Source: Corallococcus exiguus
GTDB lineage: Bacteria > Myxococcota > Myxococcia > Myxococcales > Myxococcaceae
Assembly: GCF_009909105.1 (NCBI RefSeq)
Contig: NZ_JAAAPK010000002.1
Coordinates: forward strand, 541,827-605,826
DNA length: 64,000 nt
Direction of reading: 5' to 3'
Position 1 is the stretch's first letter, and every line of letters starts with the position of its first letter. Made by a program: the position numbers and the translations under genes. Below are positions 18,139 through 26,090 of the stretch, piece after piece. The notes under the pieces are model-generated. The model did not search any database. It was not told the origin of the DNA and worked only from the letters and a program-made list of their open reading frames with translations.

Positions 18139-19194
18139 CTACGGCTGCTCGCGGCAGAGGTTGCGCAGGGCGGTGGTGACGTCGTTCTGCTGCGGCACGG
18201 ACGCCATCTCCAGCGCGTCCGCCAGGCCGATGCCCGGGACGAACTTGCCGGCGACCAGCCGGGGCGGCGCGAGCAGCGAGTAGAACAGCTCCTCCACGGT
18301 GCGCCGGACCAGGTGCTCGCCGAAGTTGGTGACCTCCGTGTCCTCGTTGACGAAGAGCACGCGGCCCGTCTTCTGGACGGAGGCCTTGATCATCTCCCAG
18401 TCGTACGGCCAGAGCGAGCGCAGGTCGATGACCTCCACGCTCAGGCCCTCTTCTTCCAACTGGGCGGCGGCCTTGATGCACAGGGGCATGGTGCGGCCGT
18501 AGCTGATGACCGTGGCCTGGGTGCCCTCGCGCACGAGCTTGCCCTTGCCAATGGGGATGGCGAACGCCTCCACCAGGGGCCACTGGGGCTTCCACTGCGA
18601 GCGGTCACCCAGGGGCGCGTCGATCATCTTCGACAGCGCGCGGTCGTCCTCGGGCTCGCCCGGGATGCGCTCGTCGCCCTTCACGCGCAGGAGCGCCTTG
18701 GGCTCCAGGAACATGACGGGGTTGGGTTCCTGGCACGCGGAGATGAGCAGCCCGTACGCGTCCAGCGGCGTGGAGGGCATGACGACCTTCCAGCCGGGGA
18801 TGTGCGTCATCGTCGCGTCGAAGGAATGCGAGTGGTACAGCGACCCGCGGATGCCGCTGCCCACGGGCGTGCGCACCACCATGGGCACGGACCAGTCACC
18901 GTTCGTGGACCAGTGCGTGTTGCCCACGAGCTTGAGCAGGTCGATGGTGTTGTAGATGTAGTCGCAGAACTGGATCTCCGCGACGGGGCGGTGGCCCGCC
19001 ATCGCCAGGCCCATGGCCGCGCCGATGATGCCGCGCTCGTCCAGGGGGCTGTTCCACGCCGTCTTCAGACCCTGCGTGCAGGTGAAGACGCCGCCCAGCG
19101 GGGCACCCACGTCCTCGCCGAAGATGTCGGTGACGCCCAGGTTCTCTTCCGCGTAGTGCAGGGCCATGCGGATGGCCTGTGCCATGTTCGCCAT
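18139..19194 (-). CDS. 2-oxoacid dehydrogenase E1 component beta subunit (PDH/BCKDH/acetoin family)
   Basis: Transketolase-like Pyr and C-terminal domains (MANMAQAIRMAL...DIFGEDVG...). 351 aa. Confidence 0.9.
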   Translation of the reverse strand: MANMAQAIRMALHYAEENLGVTDIFGEDVGAPLGGVFTCTQGLKTAWNSPLDERGIIGAAMGLAMAGHRPVAEIQFCDYIYNTIDLLKLVGNTHWSTNGDWSVPMVVRTPVGSGIRGSLYHSHSFDATMTHIPGWKVVMPSTPLDAYGLLISACQEPNPVMFLEPKALLRVKGDERIPGEPEDDRALSKMIDAPLGDRSQWKPQWPLVEAFAIPIGKGKLVREGTQATVISYGRTMPLCIKAAAQLEEEGLSVEVIDLRSLWPYDWEMIKASVQKTGRVLFVNEDTEVTNFGEHLVRRTVEELFYSLLAPPRLVAGKFVPGIGLADALEMASVPQQNDVTTALRNLCREQP

Positions 19195-19196
19195 GG

Positions 19197-20204
19197 TTAT
19201 TTCTTCTCCGCGTAGATGTGTTCCCAGATGGAGTCGCCAGAGGGCTGCGGCTCGTCGCGAACGGTGCGCGCCGCGGCGGCCAGCTCCTCTGAATACCGGG
19301 TGCGCGCCTCGTCCATCTGCTCGCGGTTGAGGACGCCTTCCTGCTCCAGCCGCGCCTCGAACAGGCGCAGGCAGTCCTGCTCCTCGTTCACGAAGTTGGC
19401 GCCGGACGCGGACGAGTGCCCGTACAGGCGGGACACGCGAGCCTCGATGAAGAAGGGCTTGCGCTCCTTGCGCACGTACTCCATCGCGGCCTGGATCTCC
19501 TGGTAGGACTCCACCGGATCAATGCCGTTGATGGTCTTCGCCTGGATGTTGAAGGCGCGCGCGCGGTCGCTGATGTTCGTCTCGCCGTGCTGGCCGTCCG
19601 AAGTGGTGCTGATGCCCCACTTGTTGTTGGTGACGATGATCAGGATGGGCAGCGGGTTGGCCGGACGGCTGCTCCAGATGAGGCAGCTGGCGAAATCGCC
19701 CTCGGCCGTGCCCGCGTCGCCGCCGGTGACGATGGTGATGCCGTCGCCGCCGTGGCGCTTCTGGGCCATGGCCGTGCCCGGCGCGACGGCGTACTGCACC
19801 TCGATGGGGGAGGTGACGGGCGCGATGTTCTTCGAGCGCCGGCTGAAGTGGCCCGCGAAGTTGCGGCCGCCGGAGTAGGGGTCCGTGGCCGTGTTCTTCA
19901 TCTGCCGCAGCGCCCCGATGGGCTCCTCGCCCATGGCGAGCAGCGTCGCGGACTGACGGTAGTGCGCGTGCAGGTAGTCGTAGGCCGGGCCCTCGCCGAC
20001 CTTCATCAGCATGCCCAGGGGGACGTTGAACGCCTCCTCACCGGGGCCGCCGATCCAGAAGTAGCCGTGGCCCTGCTTGTACATCTGGATCAGGCGCTCC
20101 TCCAGGACGCGCGCCTTCACCATCAGGTCATGGATGCGAATGAGCTGCTCTCGGGGCAGGGAGAGCGGCGCGGAGTTCTCTTTGATCAACCGGGGCCGAG
20201 ACAC
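19197..20204 (-). CDS. 2-oxoacid dehydrogenase E1 component alpha subunit (TPP-dependent)
   Basis: TPP-binding fold (GGDGITIVTGGDAGTAEGDF...). Lies immediately upstream of the beta subunit. Confidence 0.9.
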   Translation of the reverse strand: MSRPRLIKENSAPLSLPREQLIRIHDLMVKARVLEERLIQMYKQGHGYFWIGGPGEEAFNVPLGMLMKVGEGPAYDYLHAHYRQSATLLAMGEEPIGALRQMKNTATDPYSGGRNFAGHFSRRSKNIAPVTSPIEVQYAVAPGTAMAQKRHGGDGITIVTGGDAGTAEGDFASCLIWSSRPANPLPILIIVTNNKWGISTTSDGQHGETNISDRARAFNIQAKTINGIDPVESYQEIQAAMEYVRKERKPFFIEARVSRLYGHSSASGANFVNEEQDCLRLFEARLEQEGVLNREQMDEARTRYSEELAAAARTVRDEPQPSGDSIWEHIYAEKK

Positions 20205-20756
20205 GGGCGGACGACCTCGAAGGGGAAAGAAAGGGACGCCCCTATACTCCGAACGCGGCCTCCCGACTCAAGGACCCTGATGTCTTGGGTGTTCGCCAGC
20301 ACCTTTCTGCCCCCGGGTGGCGCGACGCGGCAATGAGCGGAACTCATCCATGCCCTCGTGACGTGCTGCTTCCAGGAGGCGGTTGGACGCTCCCGGTCCG
20401 GGCTGATCGCACGGCCGTTGGGGGGGCGGGTGAGGGGGCGACCGCGAGGAATAGCCCGACAGGTGGACTCCTCGCGTCAATCAGGAAGTGAGATAGAGTC
20501 CGCCCCGCCCCGACCGCGTTCTCCGACGCGGGCTCCCCCAGGTGTGCCTTTGTCCCGTACGAACCCGCGCCTCGATCCCGTGCCCGAATCACCTGATGCA
20601 TCCGATGCGGCGCCCGGCACCCCGCCTCCTCCACCGGAGTACACCGGCACCCATTCCCGGGAGCTCACCGGGCTGCGTGGGGAGAACACGGCCACCCGGC
20701 TGACGGGCTCGGTGGGGCTGCCGGCGACGGAGCCCACGAGCACGGTCATCGCGCCC

Positions 20757-22349
20757 ATGGAGGCCGGCGAGCTGCCCAACGTGGCGGCCATCCGCGGGCT
20801 CCGGTTGGATCAGCTGCTGCTGCTCACCACGGGCGCGCTGGTCATCGTGATCGTGGGCCTGTTGGCCGCGCTGTCCGCGAAGACGACGGAGGCGCAGCTC
20901 ACCGCGACGTCGGACCGCTTCACGCAGCGGCTCCAGTCCCAGGCGCGCGAACTGGGCCAGACGGTGAGCCACACGCTGGCGCTCACCTCCGCCACCAGCC
21001 TGCGCGACAACAACTACGCGTTCCTCACGGAAGTGGCGCGCTCCATCATCGCGGACAACCGAAACATCCTGCGCGTGCAGATGTTCGACGCGGACGGGCA
21101 GCTCGTCGCGGACAGCGACCCGTCCGCCAAGCTGGGCGAGTCCTCCGGAGGCCGCACCGCGGAGCGCCGCTGGGCCAGCGCCTTCTTCCAGGGCCAGCCC
21201 GTCTTCGAGTTCCAGGAGCCGCTCGACTACGGCTCGCAGGCCGGCAAGGGCGTGGTCGTCATCAGCTACTCGCTGGAGGACCTGCAGAAGCAGCTGCATG
21301 AGTTGGAGGAGACCAACCGCGCCGCGGTGCGCGCCAACACGCTGCGCATTGTCGGGCTGGGCGTGGGCTTCGTCGTCCTGGCCGGCGTGCTGGCCGCCTT
21401 CCAGAGCCGCCGCATCACCAAGCCGCTGGGCGTGCTCACCCACCGCGTGATGCAGCTGGCCGCCGGTGACCTGGGCGCTCGCGCGGGCACGGCGCCGGGC
21501 GCGGGCCGCGAGGTGACGACGCTGGGCGTGGTGTTCAACCACATGGCGGAGCGCATCAAGGTCCTGCTGGAGGACGTGCGCGCCAAGGCGCAGCTGGAGC
21601 GCGAGGTGTCGCTCGCGCGCACGGTGCAGGAGACGCTCCTGCCGGGCCGCGAGGCCGTGACGGTGGGGCCGCTGCGGCTGGCCGGGCTGGTGGTGCCCGC
21701 GGACGCGTGCGGCGGCGACTGGTGGTTCCGCGCCGCGCTGGACGACCGGCGCGTGGTGATTGGAATCGGAGACGTGACGGGCCACGGTCTGTCCACGTCG
21801 CTGGTCGCCACCAGCGCCACCAGCGGCTTCGCCTCCGCCATGACGCTGCGCGAGCCGTCGCAGGTGCACGCGCAGATGCTGATCACCGCGCTCAACGTGA
21901 CGCTGGCCAACGTGGGCCGCGGCGAGCACCAGATGTCCAGCGCGCTCGCGGTCATCGACGTGTACAGCGGGCAGATTGATTACGCGGCGGGCGCCCACCC
22001 GGCGGCGGCCATCTACAACCGGAACACGCGGCAGATGGCCTCGCTGCCCGCGCGTGGCCCGCTGCTGGGCGCGAACGTCGCCTCGCAGTTCACGTCGCGC
22101 CAGGCGGTGCTGAGCCCCGGCGACATCATCGTCTGGTACACGGACGGCCTCACCGAGGCGCGCGACGGTGCCAACCGGCTCTACGGCACGCAGCGGCTGG
22201 CCGCCGCGCTCCAGACCCACGCCCACCTCCCCGCCGACGCCCTTCGCGACGCGCTCCTCGCGGACGTGCGCGCGTACAGCGCCGGCCAGCCCCAGCGCGA
22301 CGACATCACCGTCATCGTCGCCGAATTCAGCCCCGCCCCCTCGCCTTGA
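20757..22349 (+). CDS. Membrane sensor HAMP-domain PP2C/SpoIIE-type (RsbU-like) serine phosphatase
   Basis: TM1, a periplasmic region of about 150 aa, TM2, HAMP and a SpoIIE/PP2C domain (GIGDVTGHGLSTSL...WYTDGLTEA...DDITVIV). An alternative GTG start lies at 20544 inside ORF 20358-22349. Confidence 0.8.
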   Translation: MEAGELPNVAAIRGLRLDQLLLLTTGALVIVIVGLLAALSAKTTEAQLTATSDRFTQRLQSQARELGQTVSHTLALTSATSLRDNNYAFLTEVARSIIADNRNILRVQMFDADGQLVADSDPSAKLGESSGGRTAERRWASAFFQGQPVFEFQEPLDYGSQAGKGVVVISYSLEDLQKQLHELEETNRAAVRANTLRIVGLGVGFVVLAGVLAAFQSRRITKPLGVLTHRVMQLAAGDLGARAGTAPGAGREVTTLGVVFNHMAERIKVLLEDVRAKAQLEREVSLARTVQETLLPGREAVTVGPLRLAGLVVPADACGGDWWFRAALDDRRVVIGIGDVTGHGLSTSLVATSATSGFASAMTLREPSQVHAQMLITALNVTLANVGRGEHQMSSALAVIDVYSGQIDYAAGAHPAAAIYNRNTRQMASLPARGPLLGANVASQFTSRQAVLSPGDIIVWYTDGLTEARDGANRLYGTQRLAAALQTHAHLPADALRDALLADVRAYSAGQPQRDDITVIVAEFSPAPSP

Positions 22350-22357
22350 CGAATCGC

Positions 22358-24871
22358 ATGCGCCCATTCCTTCGTTCCCCGCGCCGCGTCTCCACCGCGC
22401 TCGCCCTGCTGGCCACCCTGGCCGGTCCGCCGGCGGCGCTCGCCCAGTTCCGCCCGCCGCCCGCCACCGAGGCGCAGCGCATGACGGAGCAGGGCGAGCA
22501 GGCCCTCGTGTCCGCCAACGCCGCCGCCTCCAAGGGTGACAAGAAGGAGGCGGAGGAGAAGTTCAAGAAGGCGCTCCAGCTCTTCGAGCAGGCGCTCACG
22601 CAGGAGCCCCAGTCCGTGTTCGCCGCCGCGGGCCTGGGCAGCGCCGCCAACGCGCTCCAGGACTTCCAGCGCACGGTGACGCGCCTTGCGCCGGTGTTCG
22701 CGCAGAACCCGCAGGAGCTGTCGCTCGCGTACCCGCTGGGCACCGCGTACTTCAAGCTGCGCCGCTTCCAGGAGGCGGTGCCGGTGCTGGAGCAGGTGGC
22801 CGCCGCGGATCAGCCGGACCACCTCATCGTCCACTACTACCTGGCCAGCTACTACCTGTACGTCCAGGACGGGAACCGCGCCGTGACGCGGCTGCAGCGC
22901 TACCTGACGCTGCGCCCGGAGAAGCTCGCGGGCAACGACTTCCAGATCCACGAACTGCTGGGCAAGGCGCATCTCATCCGCCGGGACGCCGTCGCCGCGC
23001 GCGCCTCGTTCGAGAAGGCGCAGGCCGGCCGGGCCGAGTCCGCGACGGCGCAGATCGGCCTCGCGGCCGTGCTGGAGATGGAAGGCCACGTGCCGGAGTC
23101 CCGCGCGCTCCTGGAGCGGCTGGTGACGAAGTTCCCGCAGGTGGCGGAGCCGAAGGAGCGCCTCGCGCGCCTGTACCTGGCCGCGGGCGACGTGCCGCGC
23201 GCGGACCTGCAGGCCACCGCCCTGATGAAGCTGGGCTCCACGCCCGCCGCGCACCTCTTGATGGGTGACGTGCGGCTCGCGCAGAAGCAGCCCGCGCAGG
23301 CGGAAGCGGAGTTCCGCAAGGTGCTGGAGCTGCAGCCGGGCCTGCTCCTGGGACAGATTGCCGTGGGCAAGGCGCTCCAGGCGCAGGCGCGCCACGAGGA
23401 GGCCATCCAGTTCCTGGAGTCCGCCGTGAAGTCGGGTGGCGGCAGCCTGGAGCTGTGGGCGACGCTGGGCTCCGTCAACCGCCGCGCCGGCCGCTACCAG
23501 CGCGCGGTGGAGGTGCACCGGCGCGTGGTGGAGATGGCCCCGCGCCAGGCGCTGGGCCACGTGCTGCTGGGCGCGGATCACTTCGCCACCGGCCAGTGGG
23601 ATCAGGCCATCGAGGACTACGGCAGCGCGCTCCAGGTGGAACCCAACCACCCCGGCGCGAAGCAGTGGCTGGCCCGGGCCCTGGCCCACCGCGCGAGAGA
23701 TCGCGCCGGCACCCAGCGCCTGGAAGACGCCGTGCGCGACCTGCGCCGCGCGTATGACCTGGACCGCTCCGTGCCCATGGCCCGCCGGCTGGGCGCGGCG
23801 CTCCTGGACAGCCACCAGTTCGCGGAGGCCCGCAAGGTGATGGAGGGCGCGGTGACGCTGCCGGGCGCGACCTGGCGCGAGCACCTGTTGCTCGGCTACA
23901 CCCGGCTGGGCGGTGGCGATGCGCAGGCCGCGCTCGCCGCGTTCACCCAGTCAGGTGAGGCCACGCAGGAGCCGGATCAGCGCGCGGAAGCGTCCGCGGG
24001 CGCCGCGCTCGCGGAAGTGGAGCTGGGCCAGGTGGACGCCGCCGTGCAGCGGCTGACGGACGCGGGGCCCTCCAAGACGGCCGCGAAGGTGGCGGAGGCG
24101 AACCTGCCTCGCGTGCTGGTGCGCCGGGCCCTGGCGAAGCTGGAGACGGGCGACGCCGCCGCGGCGAACCGGGACCTGGACGCGGTGGACCGCCTGGGCA
24201 CCGGCAAGCGCGCGGACGTGGCGAAGCTGGCCGCCTTCGCCCGGGCGCTCACGCGCGCGGAAGAAGGGAAGTTCGCGGAGGCCACCGCGGGCCTCAAGCG
24301 CTCCCTCACGCCTGCACCGGAATGGGCGTGGCCCAACACGCGCGCGCTCGCGGACGCGTGGGTGCTCTACCGCCAGGGCAAGGTCGCGCCCTCGCGCAAG
24401 CTGCTCACCGCCGCGCAGAAGAAGCCCATGCCCGGGCAGCCGAAGTGGATGGGCAACCTCACCGGCGCGCTGCTGCGGCGTGAGGCGGCGCTCGCGTACG
24501 CCTCTGGCAACATGAAGGCGTCGGAGAAGGCGCTGAAGGCCGCGCTCGCCGCGACGCCCGACGACGCGCTGGTGCAGCACAACCTGGCGTGCGTGGGCTG
24601 GCGCCAGGGCGACAGCGCTTCGGCGCTCGCGACGTGGAAGCGCCTGGAGACCGCCGTACCTGTCGCCTCGCTCAACCTGGGCATCGACGCGCAGGAGCGA
24701 CGGCATGAACCCGCCGAGGCCGTGGACGCCTGGCGCCGCTACCTGGCTGCTGGCGCGGGCCCCCGCGCTGCCCAGGTGCGGGAATGGAAGGACCGCCTGC
24801 AGGGCCTCTATGGACTGGGTGACGCGCAGGGCGTCACGCCGGCCACCGGGGTCGCGGAGGAGACGCCGTGA
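22358..24871 (+). CDS. Secreted TPR-repeat protein
   Basis: Signal peptide (ALALLATLAGPPAALAQ) followed by many TPR-like helical repeats. Its start overlaps the stop of the upstream phosphatase gene. TTG at 22346 is an alternative start. Confidence 0.75.
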   Translation: MRPFLRSPRRVSTALALLATLAGPPAALAQFRPPPATEAQRMTEQGEQALVSANAAASKGDKKEAEEKFKKALQLFEQALTQEPQSVFAAAGLGSAANALQDFQRTVTRLAPVFAQNPQELSLAYPLGTAYFKLRRFQEAVPVLEQVAAADQPDHLIVHYYLASYYLYVQDGNRAVTRLQRYLTLRPEKLAGNDFQIHELLGKAHLIRRDAVAARASFEKAQAGRAESATAQIGLAAVLEMEGHVPESRALLERLVTKFPQVAEPKERLARLYLAAGDVPRADLQATALMKLGSTPAAHLLMGDVRLAQKQPAQAEAEFRKVLELQPGLLLGQIAVGKALQAQARHEEAIQFLESAVKSGGGSLELWATLGSVNRRAGRYQRAVEVHRRVVEMAPRQALGHVLLGADHFATGQWDQAIEDYGSALQVEPNHPGAKQWLARALAHRARDRAGTQRLEDAVRDLRRAYDLDRSVPMARRLGAALLDSHQFAEARKVMEGAVTLPGATWREHLLLGYTRLGGGDAQAALAAFTQSGEATQEPDQRAEASAGAALAEVELGQVDAAVQRLTDAGPSKTAAKVAEANLPRVLVRRALAKLETGDAAAANRDLDAVDRLGTGKRADVAKLAAFARALTRAEEGKFAEATAGLKRSLTPAPEWAWPNTRALADAWVLYRQGKVAPSRKLLTAAQKKPMPGQPKWMGNLTGALLRREAALAYASGNMKASEKALKAALAATPDDALVQHNLACVGWRQGDSASALATWKRLETAVPVASLNLGIDAQERRHEPAEAVDAWRRYLAAGAGPRAAQVREWKDRLQGLYGLGDAQGVTPATGVAEETP

Positions 24872-25794
24872 AGACGCCATCCCTTGTCGCGCGGGGGAGC
24901 CTCCTGCTCGCCGCCGTGCTGTTCGCCGTTTCCGTTGCCAGCCCCGCGTCCGCCGCGCCGAAAAAGGCCACGCTGGGCGTGTTCCTCGCCACGACGTTGT
25001 CGGACGGTCAGGAGCGCTTCCAGTACGCGGAGGCGCTCGCCCAGAAGCTGGAGGCCAGCCTGGGCCGCCCCGTTGGCGCCAAGAGCTTTGGCCGCTACGA
25101 GGACTTCTCCAAGGCGGTGGGGGAGGGGCAGATCGACTTCGCCGTGGTGGACGGCTGGGCCGCGGTGCAGCTGGGCTCCAAGGCGGATCCGGTGGCGTAC
25201 GCGCCGCGCGCCGGTGAGACGCAGCAGCGCTGGGCCATCATCTCCCTCCAGAAGGGCACCGTGAAGGACCTCGCCGGCAAGCGCATGGCGCTGGTCAAGG
25301 GCGCGGGCTCCGCGGATCCGAAGTTCGTCTCCCACGTCGTGCTGGGCGGCGACCTGGATGCCCAGAAGCACTTCAAGCTGGTGCCGGTGCCCAACGTGGA
25401 GTCGGCGGTGAAGATGCTGGAGGCCAAGGGCGCGGAGGCCGCGCTCGTGCCGGTGGCGCACGTGCCCAAGGACATGCGGGTGCTCTTCAAGAGCAGCCGG
25501 GTGCCGGGCGCCGTGCTGGTGGACCTGAAGGGCGGGGGAGACGCGTTGTCCCAGTCCCTGTCCTCCGTGGGTGCGGTCGCCCCGTTCGACGCCTTCGCCC
25601 GCATCCAGGGCCGCGAGTTCGAGGACTTCCGCAAGCTCGTCACCCAGGGCCCCCCGCGCCGTCAGCCCGTCCTCGCGGACTCTCCCGACCTGCGGGTGGA
25701 GACGCCCGTGCTCGTCCAATCCGAGTCGCTGGGTCCCGCCCTCCCGCCGTTCGTGGACGACCTGGCCGTCTCCGCCGAACAGCCGGATGACTGA
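24868..25794 (+). CDS. PhnD/SsuA-like periplasmic substrate-binding protein (orphan, no ABC permease or ATPase nearby)
   Basis: GTG start overlapping the TPR stop (GTGA). Signal peptide plus phosphonate-binding-protein-like fold. Confidence 0.65.
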   Translation: MKTPSLVARGSLLLAAVLFAVSVASPASAAPKKATLGVFLATTLSDGQERFQYAEALAQKLEASLGRPVGAKSFGRYEDFSKAVGEGQIDFAVVDGWAAVQLGSKADPVAYAPRAGETQQRWAIISLQKGTVKDLAGKRMALVKGAGSADPKFVSHVVLGGDLDAQKHFKLVPVPNVESAVKMLEAKGAEAALVPVAHVPKDMRVLFKSSRVPGAVLVDLKGGGDALSQSLSSVGAVAPFDAFARIQGREFEDFRKLVTQGPPRRQPVLADSPDLRVETPVLVQSESLGPALPPFVDDLAVSAEQPDD

Positions 25795-26090
25795 TTGCGC
25801 CGTGAGCTGATCCGCGCACGGGGTTTCCACCGCCGTGCGCGTGTTTCACCGCGATCGACAGCCATGACTTGGCCTAAGGCGAGTTATTGCGGTAATTTGA
25901 GAAGTCGAGCGGAACGCCACCGTTCAGGGGTGGAAACTCATCCCTGAGAACAATTGCCAGTCGCACCGGCTCTGGTTCCTGGCGCTAGAACCGCGGATAC
26001 CCCCTGCTTCCCCTCGTGGAATTGAGAACGATGGACTCGACTGAGTACGGTGGATCGCGCACCAACGCGGTGAAGGGGTTTGCCGGTCGG
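25795..26090 (+). promoter_or_regulatory. Long, relatively AT-rich leader upstream of the TonB-dependent receptor, carrying inverted repeats
   Basis: GTTTCCACC near 25822 and its inverse GGTGGAAAC near 25931. GC is below the local average. Confidence 0.4.

Noticed and set aside
16366-19215. 949-aa plus-strand ORF across the GNAT and E1 beta region
   Set aside because: It is antisense to clearly homologous E1 beta and GNAT genes and its composition is low-complexity.
20589-22367. 592-aa minus-strand ORF antisense to the PP2C phosphatase. Similar long antisense ORFs are 22181-23884, 26559-28514, 3140-4525, 24808-25830, 49830-51632, 50891-52690, 57860-59227, 62301-63416, 60565-61833, 40402-41829, 46284-47222, 47486-48931, 13326-14540 and 14290-16188.
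   Set aside because: All of these overlap genes with motif-level support on the opposite strand. Their translations are dominated by Arg, Ala, Gly, Pro and His. This is the expected behaviour of about 70% GC DNA.
25795-26090. Cobalamin riboswitch upstream of the TonB-dependent receptor
   Set aside because: I could not find a convincing B12-box (AGYCMGGAGACCKGCC-like) or the conserved GCCACTG element by eye. It is kept only as an unspecified regulatory-leader candidate.
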